The notes: generated from the letters alone by a model not told the origin. A DNA stretch of 64,000 bases from an uncultured delta proteobacterium (GCA_963785235.1 CAWAUM010000010.1:160001-224000), one strand, 5' to 3'; shown: positions 20,337 through 32,087, counted from the first letter of the stretch. Program-made: numbers and translations.

Positions 20337-21245
20337 ATGCCCAAAGAAAATACCCATCTCAACTTTGCCTATGGGCTCCTTGAGGAATTCCAGGGCCACG
20401 ATATTCTCAAAGATGTCTCTGAGAATATCCGGCACTATCTCCTGGGCTCCATCACCCCGGATACGTTCTATTATGGGAGCAGTGCATCCCTCAGGCGCAT
20501 CTCGGAATCCTTCCACGGCAAAGACGGCAACCCGACCAACAAAACCATTGTGCAGGTGCTTGACAGTGCACGGGACAAGAAAGATATTTCGTTCATACTG
20601 GGATTTATCTCCCACTGCGCCCTGGACATCACCTTTCACCCGGTTATCTACTATCTTTCCGGCAACTACTATGATGAATCCCCCCAGAAAAGGGCCCGGG
20701 CCGTATACCTGCACCGCCACCTGGAGACCTGCCTCGACCTGGATATCAAAAATTCCATGCGCCTGCACAGACTCATCAGGGTAAAATACCTTGAGGGACT
20801 TGTCTTTGAAGAGATTATCTCTCAAACATTCAAGGTGCCGGTAATAAGCCTGAGGCATTCCCTGAGGAGACAGATTATTTTCAATGTGCTCTTTACCATC
20901 AATGCAATCTACCACCTTGCCAGGCTGGCCTCAAAGAGCGGCCTTTTTAAGGACGTCTCGCAACTGGGTCTCTTCTATGGCGATGCGGGACACGATGAGC
21001 AATTACCATCTATCTTAGAAGTTGCCGACCTTATTGATGGCCGCCAATGGACTACCACTATCAACGAGCTCTTTTCCAATGCACGCACCTTGGCTAAATC
21101 CATGATGGAAGCAGCCTATGGCTACTGGATGAAATCACTGACCCGCGATGAAATGCTTCGCGCAATACCCGGATTAAGCCTCGATACAGGCAGGCTCGGC
21201 GTGAGCGCCTCGAGTATCCGACACACAAGGGAGACAGCCGCCTGA
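20337..21245 (+). CDS. Zinc-dependent phospholipase C family protein
   Basis: MPKENTH, LGSITPD, GFISHCALDITFHP and HRHLE metal-ligand pattern. Confidence 0.75.
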   Translation: MPKENTHLNFAYGLLEEFQGHDILKDVSENIRHYLLGSITPDTFYYGSSASLRRISESFHGKDGNPTNKTIVQVLDSARDKKDISFILGFISHCALDITFHPVIYYLSGNYYDESPQKRARAVYLHRHLETCLDLDIKNSMRLHRLIRVKYLEGLVFEEIISQTFKVPVISLRHSLRRQIIFNVLFTINAIYHLARLASKSGLFKDVSQLGLFYGDAGHDEQLPSILEVADLIDGRQWTTTINELFSNARTLAKSMMEAAYGYWMKSLTRDEMLRAIPGLSLDTGRLGVSASSIRHTRETAA

Positions 21246-21284
21246 AGGAGGGCTACTATCTTCATCCGGCTGACAGGTTTAAGA

Positions 21285-21521
21285 TCAGAACTCCCACCAG
21301 TTCTTCTGGACGGTCGCATCGAATTTAAATGACAGCTTGAGCCTAGCCCGGAAGGCAATCACCTTTCCATTCTCCACCTTGAGGTCAAGCTTATCAACCT
21401 CGGCAATCCTCAAGTTTTTGAGACTCTTACAGGCGGTTTCCACAGCATTCTTTGCTGCATCCTCCCACGATTTTTCACTTGTCCCTATGAGTTCGATGAC
21501 ATTATAGATGCTCTCAGGCAT
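21285..21521 (-). CDS. Dodecin-family protein
   Basis: YNVIELIGTSEKSWEDAA...LRIAEV...KLSFK. Confidence 0.9.
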   Translation of the reverse strand: MPESIYNVIELIGTSEKSWEDAAKNAVETACKSLKNLRIAEVDKLDLKVENGKVIAFRARLKLSFKFDATVQKNWWEF

Positions 21522-21761
21522 GGCCTACCTCCTTGGTTTTTTTTGAACTCTTGCGGGATATTTCAACAAAACTGCTTACTGGCACCCTGATAAGGTGACA
21601 CAATGACTGATAATCAACAAAATCCCTTTAAGGTCCAATAGTAATTGCAGTCATGGGAGAGTCAAGGAAGAACGTGGTTTCAGCAATTAGCATGAGGATA
21701 GAAATCAAGTTCAAGGATTATCTGATAATCGATCTCTCGTTCAATCGAGGGATAGTTGATC

Positions 21762-22042
21762 TCACAAGGTAAGAATTTCGTCGATGGTGAGGTCTTCCAC
21801 CTGGAGCGGGTCGATCCCCTTTAACCTTGCAGAAAGCTCTTTGGCGGATATTTCTGAAAGTGGCAAGATGACCCTGTAATTGTGTTTCTCAAGCCAGATG
21901 AGAAACTGCCATGCATAACAATCACGGCAGTGGACCTTCTTTTTCGCCAGATAGGCCTCATTATCAAGCGGTTCCAGCACCTTGTGGTGGGGGCAAGCGA
22001 TATCAATGCAGAATGTCCAGATTTGTATTTCTTCGTTGCCAT
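21762..22042 (-). CDS. Small hypothetical protein with HCxxC motif (apparent frameshift near 21990)
   Basis: RBS GAGGA + ATG 22042 (MATKKYKSGHSALISLAP) joins ORF 21762..21980 (...VHCRDCYAWQFL...). Confidence 0.55.
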
Positions 22043-22188
22043 GGTTTTCCTCATGTGAGTTTTATTGTTTGAAATACTATCACTTCTGCCGAACTTGGCA
22101 ACATTTTCCTGAGTGCATATCATAATATGATGTTTTTTCAGTTAATTCTAAAGATGTTTTACACATTATTGCTTCGGATAATAAGTGG

Positions 22189-22248
22189 TTGACAAATGAC
22201 GTTTCAAATATTTATTATTAGTTAATATTAACTATATTGAATATTTGA
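22189..22248 (+). promoter_or_regulatory. Promoter with overlapping palindromic operator upstream of the XRE regulator
   Basis: TTGACA-18 nt-TATTAT; perfect palindrome TAGTTAATATTAACTA at 22219-22234. Confidence 0.6.
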
Positions 22249-22252
22249 TATT

Positions 22253-22793
22253 ATGAATATTGGATCAATACTACGGCAGAAGAGAAAAGAACGAAAACTC
22301 ATCTTGAAGACTGTGGCGGAAAAGGCCGGCATATCAGAGGGCTTTTTAAGCCAGGTGGAGAATGAGGTTAATTCACCATCGGTATATACACTTGTCAAGA
22401 TCTGCAATGCCATAGGCATTGAGGCGGGTGATTTACTCAACCAGGCCAAGCAGATGGAAAGGTTGATAGTAATCCGCAAATCAGAGTGGAAAGATGTTGA
22501 GCTGCCGCACACTGGATTTATTACCCAGAGATTTTTCCCCCCCGAGAACAGGAATGTCATCGACAGCGCCGTATTGGTTTTGGAACCGGAAAGAGCATCC
22601 CTGCAAGGAAAAATATCAAGAACGGCCAAGAGGTGCTCTGCGTGTTGAAGGGCATGGTGGAACTTGTGCATACTGACCAGACCGTAACACTATCCGAGGG
22701 TGATTCCATACATTACTATTCCACCCCTGAGAAGGAGATGATCACAACAAAAGCAAAGGTCTCTCCGTCGTCTTTTGGGTTGGAACAATATGA
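22253..22793 (+). CDS. XRE-HTH/cupin transcriptional regulator (frameshifted in this sequence)
   Basis: LKTVAEKAGISEGFLSQVEN HTH; cupin LCVLKG...LSEGDSIHY in the next frame. Confidence 0.85.
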
Positions 22794-22949
22794 TATAGTT
22801 TTATTATTCTTAGCACCTTTTATTTATTTGAGCGTTTTTTTGAATCGGATGGTTTCTTGTCTGAAGAAACATCCATTGATGGGATAGGTTTCATAAAGTA
22901 ATAAGCAGTGCGGATATACCTATAATTCCATGAGACAGGGGGGATTCCT

Positions 22950-24383
22950 ATGATCAAATTCAGCGAGCAACAGTTAAAGGTGCCTAAGCTGATGAGGCCG
23001 GTCTACCTGGTGACGGCGGGGCAGTCGAAATTCGACAGGGCAATGCCTGACAAGCGGACCGAGGAGCTTTGTGTGGATGCATTGACCATGGCGGCGATCT
23101 CCTGAATATGTCGCCGGCTGAACTGAAAAGATATATCCACACCTGCTACTACGGTCATTTTGCCGACCATTTCGGCGACCAGCTGCTGGGCGAGGCGGTC
23201 ATACACGACAGGCTGGGCCTGGATCCGCTGGGCAATATCGGCGTGAAGACCGGCGGTGCAACAGGCGGTTCCACCTCTGGGAGGCAATGAAGGCCGTGGC
23301 TTCAGGATATTCGGACTGCGTACTGGCCATGGGCTGGGAGAGGATGGACGAGGTCCCCACGGATGAGGGCAACTTCCTGATATCCTGCGCTGCTGACAAG
23401 GACTGGGAATCTCCTCTGGGGCACATCTATACCGGTTACTATGCCGTTATGGCCCAGAAATACTGGCAGGTTTTCGGCAAGGCGGAGGATTCCTTCCGAA
23501 GGACCCTGGCTGAGATAGCGGTGAAGCACCACGGCTATGCACGCTTCAATCCCTTTGCCCATGGCTCCTATGAAGATAACGGTTGATGATGTGCTGAAAT
23601 CCCCGGTGGTGGCATACCCTTGCGGGCTCTGGACGCCTGCGTCATGAGCGTTGGCGCGGCATGTGCGATCATCTGCGACGAAGATACGGCGATGAAGCTG
23701 ACGAAGAATTCGAAGCACAAACCTCTGCGAATCTGGGTGACGGCGGGTTCGCATACCCTGCGTCCTGCGACAGGCGCGATATGGAGATACCGCTGCTGCC
23801 CAACGAGACGGCGGACCAGTACAAGGATATCGGGAAAAGAATTTCCCGGTGGTGAGCGATATCCCGGTTTCACGGGATTCCTGGCGGCCCGAATGGCGGC
23901 ATGGTACGCATACCGCATGACAGGCATCAAGGATCCCACGGAGGATCTGGATGTGATCGAGCTTCATGATGCATTCACCATCAGCGACGTGCAGACCTAT
24001 GAGGATATCGGTATAAGACCCTATGGTGATGGGCGTGACTACGTCGAGTCCGGTGACTGCTATCATACCAACCCGAAGACAGGTAAACCGGGCAAGCTTC
24101 CGTCGAACCTATCCGGAGGACTTCTCGGATGCATGCACGCCGTGGGAGCCACGGGGATCATGCAGACTTCGAGATCGCCACCATCTCTGGAACCGCTGGG
24201 CCGAGATGCATGGCGATGAAAAGCTCTGGAAAAAATTCGACAGGAAGAAGCCTTCGGACTGGACCGACCTGCAGGTGAAAGGCGCCAAGAGGGCCCTGGC
24301 CATAAGCCATGCCGGTGTGGGTTCGCATGTGACGGCAACGATACTGATGGATCCGGATCATCTTATTGAAAAAAGACGCATAA
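22950..24383 (+). CDS. SCP2/thiolase-superfamily protein (multiple indels)
   Basis: Stitched from several frames: AGQSKFDR, VKTGGATGGST, AMGWERM, ARFNPFA, IELHDAF, NLSGGLLGCMHAVGATG. Confidence 0.85.
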
Positions 24384-24395
24384 AGGAGAAGATCT

Positions 24396-24988
24396 ATGAG
24401 CATGTTCGGACAGGTTTATGTAAAGAAAAATCAATATAAGATAAAGGGTAATTTCCACCACCTGACGCCCAATATGCCTATAAGGAATGCCGACGACGGC
24501 TGGAAGCTCATGGGGGTGACGAATCCCAGGGATATGACCTACATCCATTCATACGGCGGTGAGGCGATATTCTTTGAATCGCTCTCCCAGGGAAAACTGA
24601 TGGCCACGAGATGCGACAACCCGAAATGCGAGTCCAAGGGCTCGATTTATCAGCCTTTCAGGATCACTGCCCCGATTGTCTGGGAAAGAAGACGGTCATA
24701 GATATGACCGACATCGCGCAAGAAGACGGCGAAGATCCACACATTCATGGTGTGCGAGAGATCAGGGGCCTTCAACCTGCTCGATAAGCCTATCAAATTC
24801 ATCAACATCGAATTCGACGGCGTATGCACGATTCTGATGAGCTATCTTGTCAATGGGCGAACCGAAGATAGGGATGAAGGTGGTGCCCATATTCAAGAAG
24901 ATCGAACCCGACCTACACGATCCTGGATCTTGCCTGGGTGCCCGAAGGTACGAAGGCGGACGCTCTGCCGCAAGGATTTTCATTTTAA
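24396..24988 (+). CDS. DUF35-type Zn-ribbon/OB-fold protein (multiple indels)
   Basis: HSYGGEAIFFESLSQGKLMATRCDNPKC...(H)CPDC followed by an OB-fold-like segment; directly after the thiolase-like gene. Confidence 0.75.
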
Positions 24989-25052
24989 GACGATTCACTA
25001 TATGCGGATGATGATGAGTTTGACTAATTTCTCTCATGACTTGGAGGAAGCT

Positions 25053-26207
25053 ATGTATGACTTTGGTTTAACAGATGAACAAAAGCTTCTCCGTCAAAAC
25101 ATCAGGGAGTTTGCCGAGAATGAAATAGCGCCGGTGGCCAGCAGCTTGACGAGACGGAAACATTTTCAATCGACTTACCAAGAAGATGGCCGGCATGGGG
25201 CTTTTCGGATCGTGGTTCCCGAGGAGTACGGCGGAGCCGAAATGGATTATCTGTCATACATAATCGCCGTAGAGGAGATAGCCCGCATCGACGGCTCCCA
25301 GGCGCACGGTTGCGCCGCAAATTCGCTGGGCATCGGGCCCATATACTACTTCGGAACGAGAAGCAGAAGCAGGAATGGCTGCCCAGGCTGTGCAAGGGTG
25401 AGATTCTGGCGTCCTTCGGCCTCACGGAAGCCGAAGCCGGCTCCGATGCCGGGGCGAGCAAGACGACGGCCAGACTCGAGAACGGCCAGTGGGTGGTAAA
25501 CGGCAGCAAGATCTTCATAACAAATTCAACGTCGGCACCTGGCAGGGATCTGTACGGTCCAGGCCATCACCGGCAAAAAGCCCGACGGCAAGAAGGAGGT
25601 TTCCTGCATACTGGTGCCCAACGGGACACCGGGATTCACAGCAAAGAAGATGACCGGGAAAGATGATGTGGAGATCCTCGGACACAGGGGAGCTGTACTT
25701 CGATGACTGCCGCGTCCCAGAGGAGAACCTGCTGGGCAAACAGGGCGACGGCTTTCACCAGATGCTTTCAACGCTGGACAACGGAAGGCTCGCCATCGCG
25801 GCCATGGGCCTGGGCGGGGCTCAGGGGGCATTTGAGCTGGCGCTCAAGTATGCAAAGACGCGCGAGCAGTTCGGCAAGCCCATATCTACCTTCCAGGTGA
25901 ACGCCTTCAAGCTTGCCGATATGGACACCCAGATCGAGGCCGCGCAGGGACCTGCTCTACAAGGCCTGCAGACTGAAAGACGCTGGGCTGCCCTTCCGCA
26001 AGCTTGCCGCCATGGCGAAGCTCTACTGCTCCGAGATGATGGGCAGGGTGGTGGACGAGGCCGTCCAGATACACGGCGGCTACGGCCTCATGAAGGAATA
26101 CAACATTGAGCGCTTCTTACCGGGATTACAAGCTGCTCACCATCGGTGAAGGAACATCGGAGATCCAGCGTATCGTCATCTCAAGGGAGATCGGCTGCTA
26201 CTCATGA
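25053..26207 (+). CDS. Acyl-CoA dehydrogenase (multiple indels)
   Basis: MYDFGLTDEQ, PEEYGG, FGLTEAEAGSD, NGSKIFITN, REQFGKPI, QIHGGYG, IGEGTSEIQR. Confidence 0.9.
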
Positions 26208-26336
26208 ATAATGCGATACTCATAAGCTTGGAGGACTTGATTATAAGGACCATGAAATTATCGTTATAAGTCAGGCCTGCACCATTGAGAAACCGGCATC
26301 TTCAGAAGAGACCAAGGGAGTACTCGGGTGTCAACT

Positions 26337-27350
26337 ATGCGCAAGGTAAAGATAGAGGGAAAAGATATTGAATTAAAGTCAGGGCAGAATGAATTATTCA
26401 CCAATCCTGACTCGGATGCTGCCAGGGAATTTTTCAGGACGAAATCACGGGCGCTTGAAGCCGAAGCTCTCAACCGTGGAAGAAGTCGTGAGGACAATGG
26501 TCCATGACGGCGATTATATCGGCATAGGCGGGTTCGGCGCCAACAGGATACCCACGGCAATTCTTCATGAGATTGTAAGGCAGGGGAAAAACATCTGGGT
26601 CTTGCGGGTCATACCTCCACACATGACTTCCAGATCCTGGCTGCGGGTGAATGTTTTGACCGGTGTGATATCGCATATGTAATAGGCCTTGAGGCACGGG
26701 GACTGTCTCCCAATGCAAGGCGGTATATCGAAAGCGGCAAGGTGAAGATCACCGAATGGACCAACGCTACGCTTTCCTGGCGCATAAAAGCAGCCGCCAT
26801 GGGGCTTTCCTTTCTGCCGGCGAGAAACCTGATGGGGACGGATACGTTCAAGTACAGCGCAGCCAAAGAGATACTCTGCCCGTTCACCGGACAAAAGTAC
26901 GTTGCGCATCCGGCGCTGTATCCGGACTTTGCAGCCATCCATGTGCACGAGAGCGATATCTACGGCAACGCACACGTATATGGGGCCTCTGTCTCGGATC
27001 AGGATCTGGCAAAGGCCTCAAAGCGCGTTGTACTCACTACGGAGAAGATCATCCCGACTGAAAAGATCCGTCAAAATCCGGAAGCGACCTTTATTCCCTT
27101 CTGGTGTGTCGATGCCGTCATTGAGATTCCCTATGGAAGCTATCCGGGCAACATGCCGTATGAGTACTTCTCGGATGAGGAGCACCTGAGAGAGTGGCTC
27201 ACTGTTGAAAAGAACCCGGATGAATTCAAGAAGTTCATTGATAAGCAGATATTCGGCACCAAGAATTTTTATGAATACCTCGATCTCAATGGCGGCATAG
27301 AAAAGATGAAGAAGCTCCGGGCCATAGAGCTCTTAATAGATAAAAAGTAG
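26337..27350 (+). CDS. Family I CoA-transferase subunit A (glutaconate CoA-transferase-like; indels)
   Basis: DGDYIGIGGFG, AAAMGLSFLP, CPFTG, IHVHESDIYGNA. Confidence 0.85.
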
Positions 27351-27360
27351 GGGTGCCAAG

Positions 27361-28130
27361 ATGGCTGATTATAATCAGATTGAACTCATGATCTGTGTCG
27401 CAGCAAGAAATCTGGAGGACGGTTCTACGGTTGTTGTCGGCACAGGGGCCCCATGCGCTGCTGCAATGCTCGCCAGAAGACCCACTCGCCGAACATCTGC
27501 ATACTGTTTGAGGCAGGAGGTGTAGCGCCGATCCTTCCAGCCATGCCGATTCGGTTGGGGACTCCCGTACGTTCCATAGGGCTATCATGGCGAGTTCAAT
27601 GCCCGAAATCATGGAAACCTGCCAGCGCGGGATGGTCGATTACACATTTCTGGGCGGTGCCCAGATCGACATGTACGGGAACATCAATTCCACGATGATT
27701 GGCAAGGACCATTCCAGGCCCAAGGTAAGATTCCCGGGATCAGGAGGGGCGAATGACCTTGCCTCGCTCTGCTGGCGCACCATGATGATGACTGTGCAGG
27801 ATGCAAAGCGTTTTACGAATGATATCGATTTCATCACATCTCCGGGATATCTCCAGGGCGGTAACTCGCGCTATGATGCCGGACTCCCGAAGGGAACAGG
27901 GCCTTACAGGATAATCACCCATATGGCGATCATGGGATTTGATGATGAGACCAAGAGGATGAAGGTCCTGTCCATAAACCCCGGATATACGAGAAAGGAT
28001 GTTCAGGACAACTGCGGTTTTGAACTGCTGTGGGCGGATGACATCACGGAGACTGATCCTCCGCATAAATCAGAGCTTAGGCATATTGAGAGAAGAAGTT
28101 GACCCGAACAGGTATATAATAGGCAGATGA
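27361..28130 (+). CDS. Family I CoA-transferase subunit B (indels)
   Basis: ELMICVAAR, ILFEAG, FLGGAQIDMYGNINST, PGSGGAND, DFITSPG. Confidence 0.85.
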
Positions 28131-28134
28131 GTCA

Positions 28135-28915
28135 ATGAGATCAAGCAGATCACTCGAAAAACTGGTTGCGCACCTCCATGGACAGCTTGTTGATAGTGGC
28201 TCTGTGCTCATCGAGTCACCCAAACACCTGCGTGACAATTCAACCGGTCGCATGCGAAGGCATGATGTCGTTCTGACAGTCACATCCGGATATCATACGT
28301 CTCTGGTTGCAATTGAATGCCGGGAGCGGAACCGGCCGGTTGGATTATCTCAGCTTGCGGCATTCGCTCGAAAGTGCGCCGCAACATCCATAGACAAATC
28401 AGCCATCGTCTCATCATGCGGTTTCACCAGAACAGCCCTTTGCAGGGCGAAGTCACTCGGTATACATTGTCTGTCTTTTGAGCAGGTTGATAGTTTTTCC
28501 TGGTTTCATTGTGAGATGAGCTTCTGTCAATTTCGAACAAAATATTCACATATAGATTTCGCCATTATCCCTGAGAAATGTTTTGCGAGAAAACCCACCT
28601 CATTCATGCTCATAAACGATGATGGCCAGACCGTCTCACCTGATGATTTACGTGACTACTTGTTTGCCGCTTTGATCCAACGACAGAGAGATCCCTCTGA
28701 TCTTGCAGCCTGGAGACATAGTTGAACGCATAAGGGTGTTTCCAAGGAATCTCAGCATCATTGATACGGATACGGGTATCACCCGGAAAGTTCAGCAGAT
28801 CAGTGTTGTCGCATACTGTAAGAGCGAAAAGATGGATCAGGTCTTTTATATTGCAGGAGCAAAAAGATACTACATCCAGTTCCCCTTATGTCCGCCCTTC
28901 CCAACTATTGAATGA
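28135..28915 (+). CDS. Mrr-like PD-(D/E)XK restriction endonuclease domain protein, possibly decaying
   Basis: RHDVVL...AIECRERNRPVG...IVSSCGFT...A...GI resembles Mrr_cat; frame break near 28710. Confidence 0.6.
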
Positions 28916-29135
28916 TCCCGGCTTCAGCGATGCGGTAATATTTATGCGTAAAAGTATAAATTAGATAAACGGGTACAATACGTTAACCCGGATTTTGCAC
29001 TTGAACGTACCCGAAGTGATCATGAAATTGTTTTAAAATCTTGGTTTAACATTGCAATTTGGTTTCGAAGTATCAAGATGTTAATCTCTGATGAATCTAC
29101 AAACATGGATTCAGGTTCCAGGATCCACTTAGGTG

Positions 29136-30648
29136 TCACATAGGGCAATTGAACCGGACTATATTCCTTCGGGTTAACTCATCATGCCGGACATCACCTG
29201 TACTACCGACCAGTTCGAACTTCTCCATGTGCAGAAGTTCTTCCGGCCCAGCATCAATATATGCCAGGGTCCTGCTGCCATCTCCAAGCCTCCCGACCAC
29301 AGTCCCTGAGAGCGCCTTACCGGCACTGTCATGCCTGATGACATAGGCCTCAACCACCAGAGAACCTGATGCCCTTTCAATGGGCTTAGGCATGGCCTGT
29401 GCATCGATAAAGCGCTGCATGGGCGAATCATCCCGGTCCTCCCATGGATGCGCAGAAGGCGATCCTGCGTAGATGCCGACAGAGTGTTTTGTCAAATACC
29501 AACCATTCGCAGTAACCATGGCCTTGAGCGAACGGTCTTTTCTGATCAGATCTACCACCGTTGCGATGGCATGCATGGAATAGTTATTCCCAGGACCGCC
29601 GAAGAAGGACATACCCCCAGTAACGCTCAAGTCCCTTGGGTCACCCTCCAGAATGCCTACCTCTCTCCTGGCGATATCAAAAGCAGCTGGAAAGCAGCTA
29701 TAGATGTCGAACACACCGATTTCCTCAAGGGTTATATCTGCCTGTTCAAGAGCGATGCGTGATGCATTGCGTATGGCCGGCGACTCGTGCAGGCACGGCC
29801 TGCGGGTGACATGCCAGATGTCATTGAGGTCCGCACCGCCAGTGGGATAGACCCATTTATCCTCGCTGATACCAAGGGACCGCGCAGAATCTTCAGTGGT
29901 CAGGATGAGCGCTGCAGACTGGTCCACATTGATATTGGCATTCATGCACTTGGTATACGGATATCCGATATACCGGTTATCCGGCGTGGGCGTGGCGATC
30001 TCCGCCGCAGTCAACAACCTTCTTGACCATGCAAACTGATTTTGGGATGCAATGCGGGAAAGCCGCTCAAAGGACTTGCCCATATACCTCAGGTGTTCTT
30101 CGGGCGACCTGCCATCTGATGCCCTCAACGATGTTTCAAACAACGGGTACATGAATGACGGGAGGATGAGGTCATATAACTCCTCTATCTCATCGATATC
30201 CGTTTGTATTCTCTCCGTCGATCCTCTCCGGCGGAGCGCTCTGTGGCCAGTCAAGCACGATATCCCCCTTCATGGCGCTCCGTATGGAATAGATGGCTTC
30301 GGCCCCGGTCATAAGCACTGCCTTGCATCTGCCTGAGGCCAGGTCCCTTGCTGCCTTGTTCACCATAAGCTGCGGTGTGTTGCCTCCCACAGGGAGATAA
30401 AATGCCTGAGCCGGATTGATGCCAAGCCTTGCCGAAAGCATGCCGGGTGCATCCCGGTAAGGCCACTGGAAGAGATTAATCACATACACACAATCGATAA
30501 GGTCTTTCAGCCTTGGTTCATCCGCATCGCACAGGGCATCATGGCTTGTCTTTGCCATGAGGCCCAGCGGGTCAAGGGGCTTTTCCGTTCCCTTGCGCTG
30601 AGTGTACTGGGCTGCGCCTATTATGACAGGGACAAAGGGCCTTCTCAT
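29136..30648 (-). CDS. Thiolase-like acetyl-CoA acetyltransferase family protein (frameshift near 30200)
   Basis: PVIIGAAQ, GGNTPQ, YPYTK, NVDQSAA, DIYSCFP, TGGMSFFGGPGNNYSMH, TKHSVGIY. Confidence 0.8.
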
Positions 30649-30737
30649 ATTCTTAGGGAGGATTTTTCACGACATATGCAAGGAATTGTATTTTCGGTTT
30701 TAGTCATACTCGCTGAGCCTCCCGGTGCAACGACATG

Positions 30738-31493
30738 TCAGAATTTTTTTAGAGCATCTTTCAGGAGCTTGCGTGCTTCATCAGAATACCAGCAATCGAT
30801 GAACGCCTTTGCCTTCTTCTCTCCTGATATGAGAAAACGCTTTTCGACTTCTTCTGTCCGATTCTGTTTTATTAATGCAAATGCATTGAGAGGACAAGAA
30901 CCTATGCCCTTTGCCTTCCTGAGGGCATGCTCTTCCACTTCACCGGTCGGTAAAACCTTGTCAACCAGGCCCATCTGAAGGGACTCCATAGGACCGTAGA
31001 ACTCCCCGGTATCAGTTATCTCCTTTGCGATACGTGCCCCTACGATATCCCTCAGCACGCAGTCGGCAAGATATGGGACAGGGACCCGAAGCTTGATTTC
31101 ATTGAGACCCATCAATCTTCTGTGGTCCCCCATAAATCGATAATCGCAGCACAGCACAAGGATACAGCCGCCTGCCACGGCATGCCCTGTAATGGCGGCA
31201 ACCGTGGGCTTGGGAAATGTGTACAGGCTGAGGCATACCCTGTTGAACGCCTTGTAGAATAACTCGAAATCCTCCCTTGGATAATCAAACATCTTCTGGA
31301 TGTCAAAGCCTATGGAAAAGAACTTGTCACTGCTGCTGCCAAGCACAAGTCCAAGTACATGCGGGTCCTGCCTTGTTCTCTTCAGGATTTCATCCAGCTC
31401 ACCCACAAGCTTCAGATCCAGGGCATTTTTGATGTCCCGATTCAACCTGACTATTGCTACTGTGTCCTGATAATCTAAAGAAATCATACCCAT
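30738..31493 (-). CDS. Enoyl-CoA hydratase/isomerase family (delta-isomerase-like)
   Basis: FFSIGFD, PTVAAITGHAVAGGC, MGLNEIKL. Confidence 0.9.
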   Translation of the reverse strand: MGMISLDYQDTVAIVRLNRDIKNALDLKLVGELDEILKRTRQDPHVLGLVLGSSSDKFFSIGFDIQKMFDYPREDFELFYKAFNRVCLSLYTFPKPTVAAITGHAVAGGCILVLCCDYRFMGDHRRLMGLNEIKLRVPVPYLADCVLRDIVGARIAKEITDTGEFYGPMESLQMGLVDKVLPTGEVEEHALRKAKGIGSCPLNAFALIKQNRTEEVEKRFLISGEKKAKAFIDCWYSDEARKLLKDALKKF

Positions 31494-31628
31494 ATTTCAC
31501 CCTGCCCTGCCTGCTATCCGCCATAGACTATAGGTCAAACTGCAAAAAATGATATAAGACATTATACGTTGTTCATGTGCTGTTTGATAGATTGAATTTC
31601 CGGTTTGAATATATATATAAGGATTCTC

Positions 31629-31835
31629 ATGGCGTTCATACGGATGAAAGGTGTGGAAGGGTTAGTCTATGTCCCGCAGGATGATGGGGGCTTGAAAAAG
31701 CACCCATGCCAAGACTGCTACTTCTGCCAGTGGTGCAGCGATAACAGATGCGATCTGTGCCTTAAGGCAAAATCGTGTAAAAATACAGCCGGAGTGGTTG
31801 ATATCATCACCCTTGATTCCATAAAACACCGTTGA
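31629..31835 (+). CDS. Small Cys-rich protein
   Basis: KKHPCQDCYFCQWCSDNRCDLC. Confidence 0.65.
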   Translation: MAFIRMKGVEGLVYVPQDDGGLKKHPCQDCYFCQWCSDNRCDLCLKAKSCKNTAGVVDIITLDSIKHR

Positions 31836-31940
31836 GATGGCGGATGCTCTTCAAGGTGAAGCATATTTTTTTGAACCAGGGTGTTATGGAATACATCATT
31901 TGGACGATACACTATGTGAGCACATCATAGGAGAATCTGA

Positions 31941-32087
31941 ATGAACTATAGGTCAGAGACAGTGATAAGTAATGCAATAAAAGAATTGTTTGAGATTATG
32001 ACTGTATCAGCTGAAGAGAATGCCAAGAAAAAGATCAAAAAAAATCTTGATACTGTTTTCGTAAAAGAACAAATATCTGCATCGTGA
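31941..32087 (+). CDS. Small ORF, 48 aa, unknown function
   Basis: RBS AGGAGA 6 nt before ATG; MNYRSETVISNAIKELFEIMTVSAEENAKKKIKKNLDTVFVKEQISAS. Confidence 0.4.
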   Translation: MNYRSETVISNAIKELFEIMTVSAEENAKKKIKKNLDTVFVKEQISAS

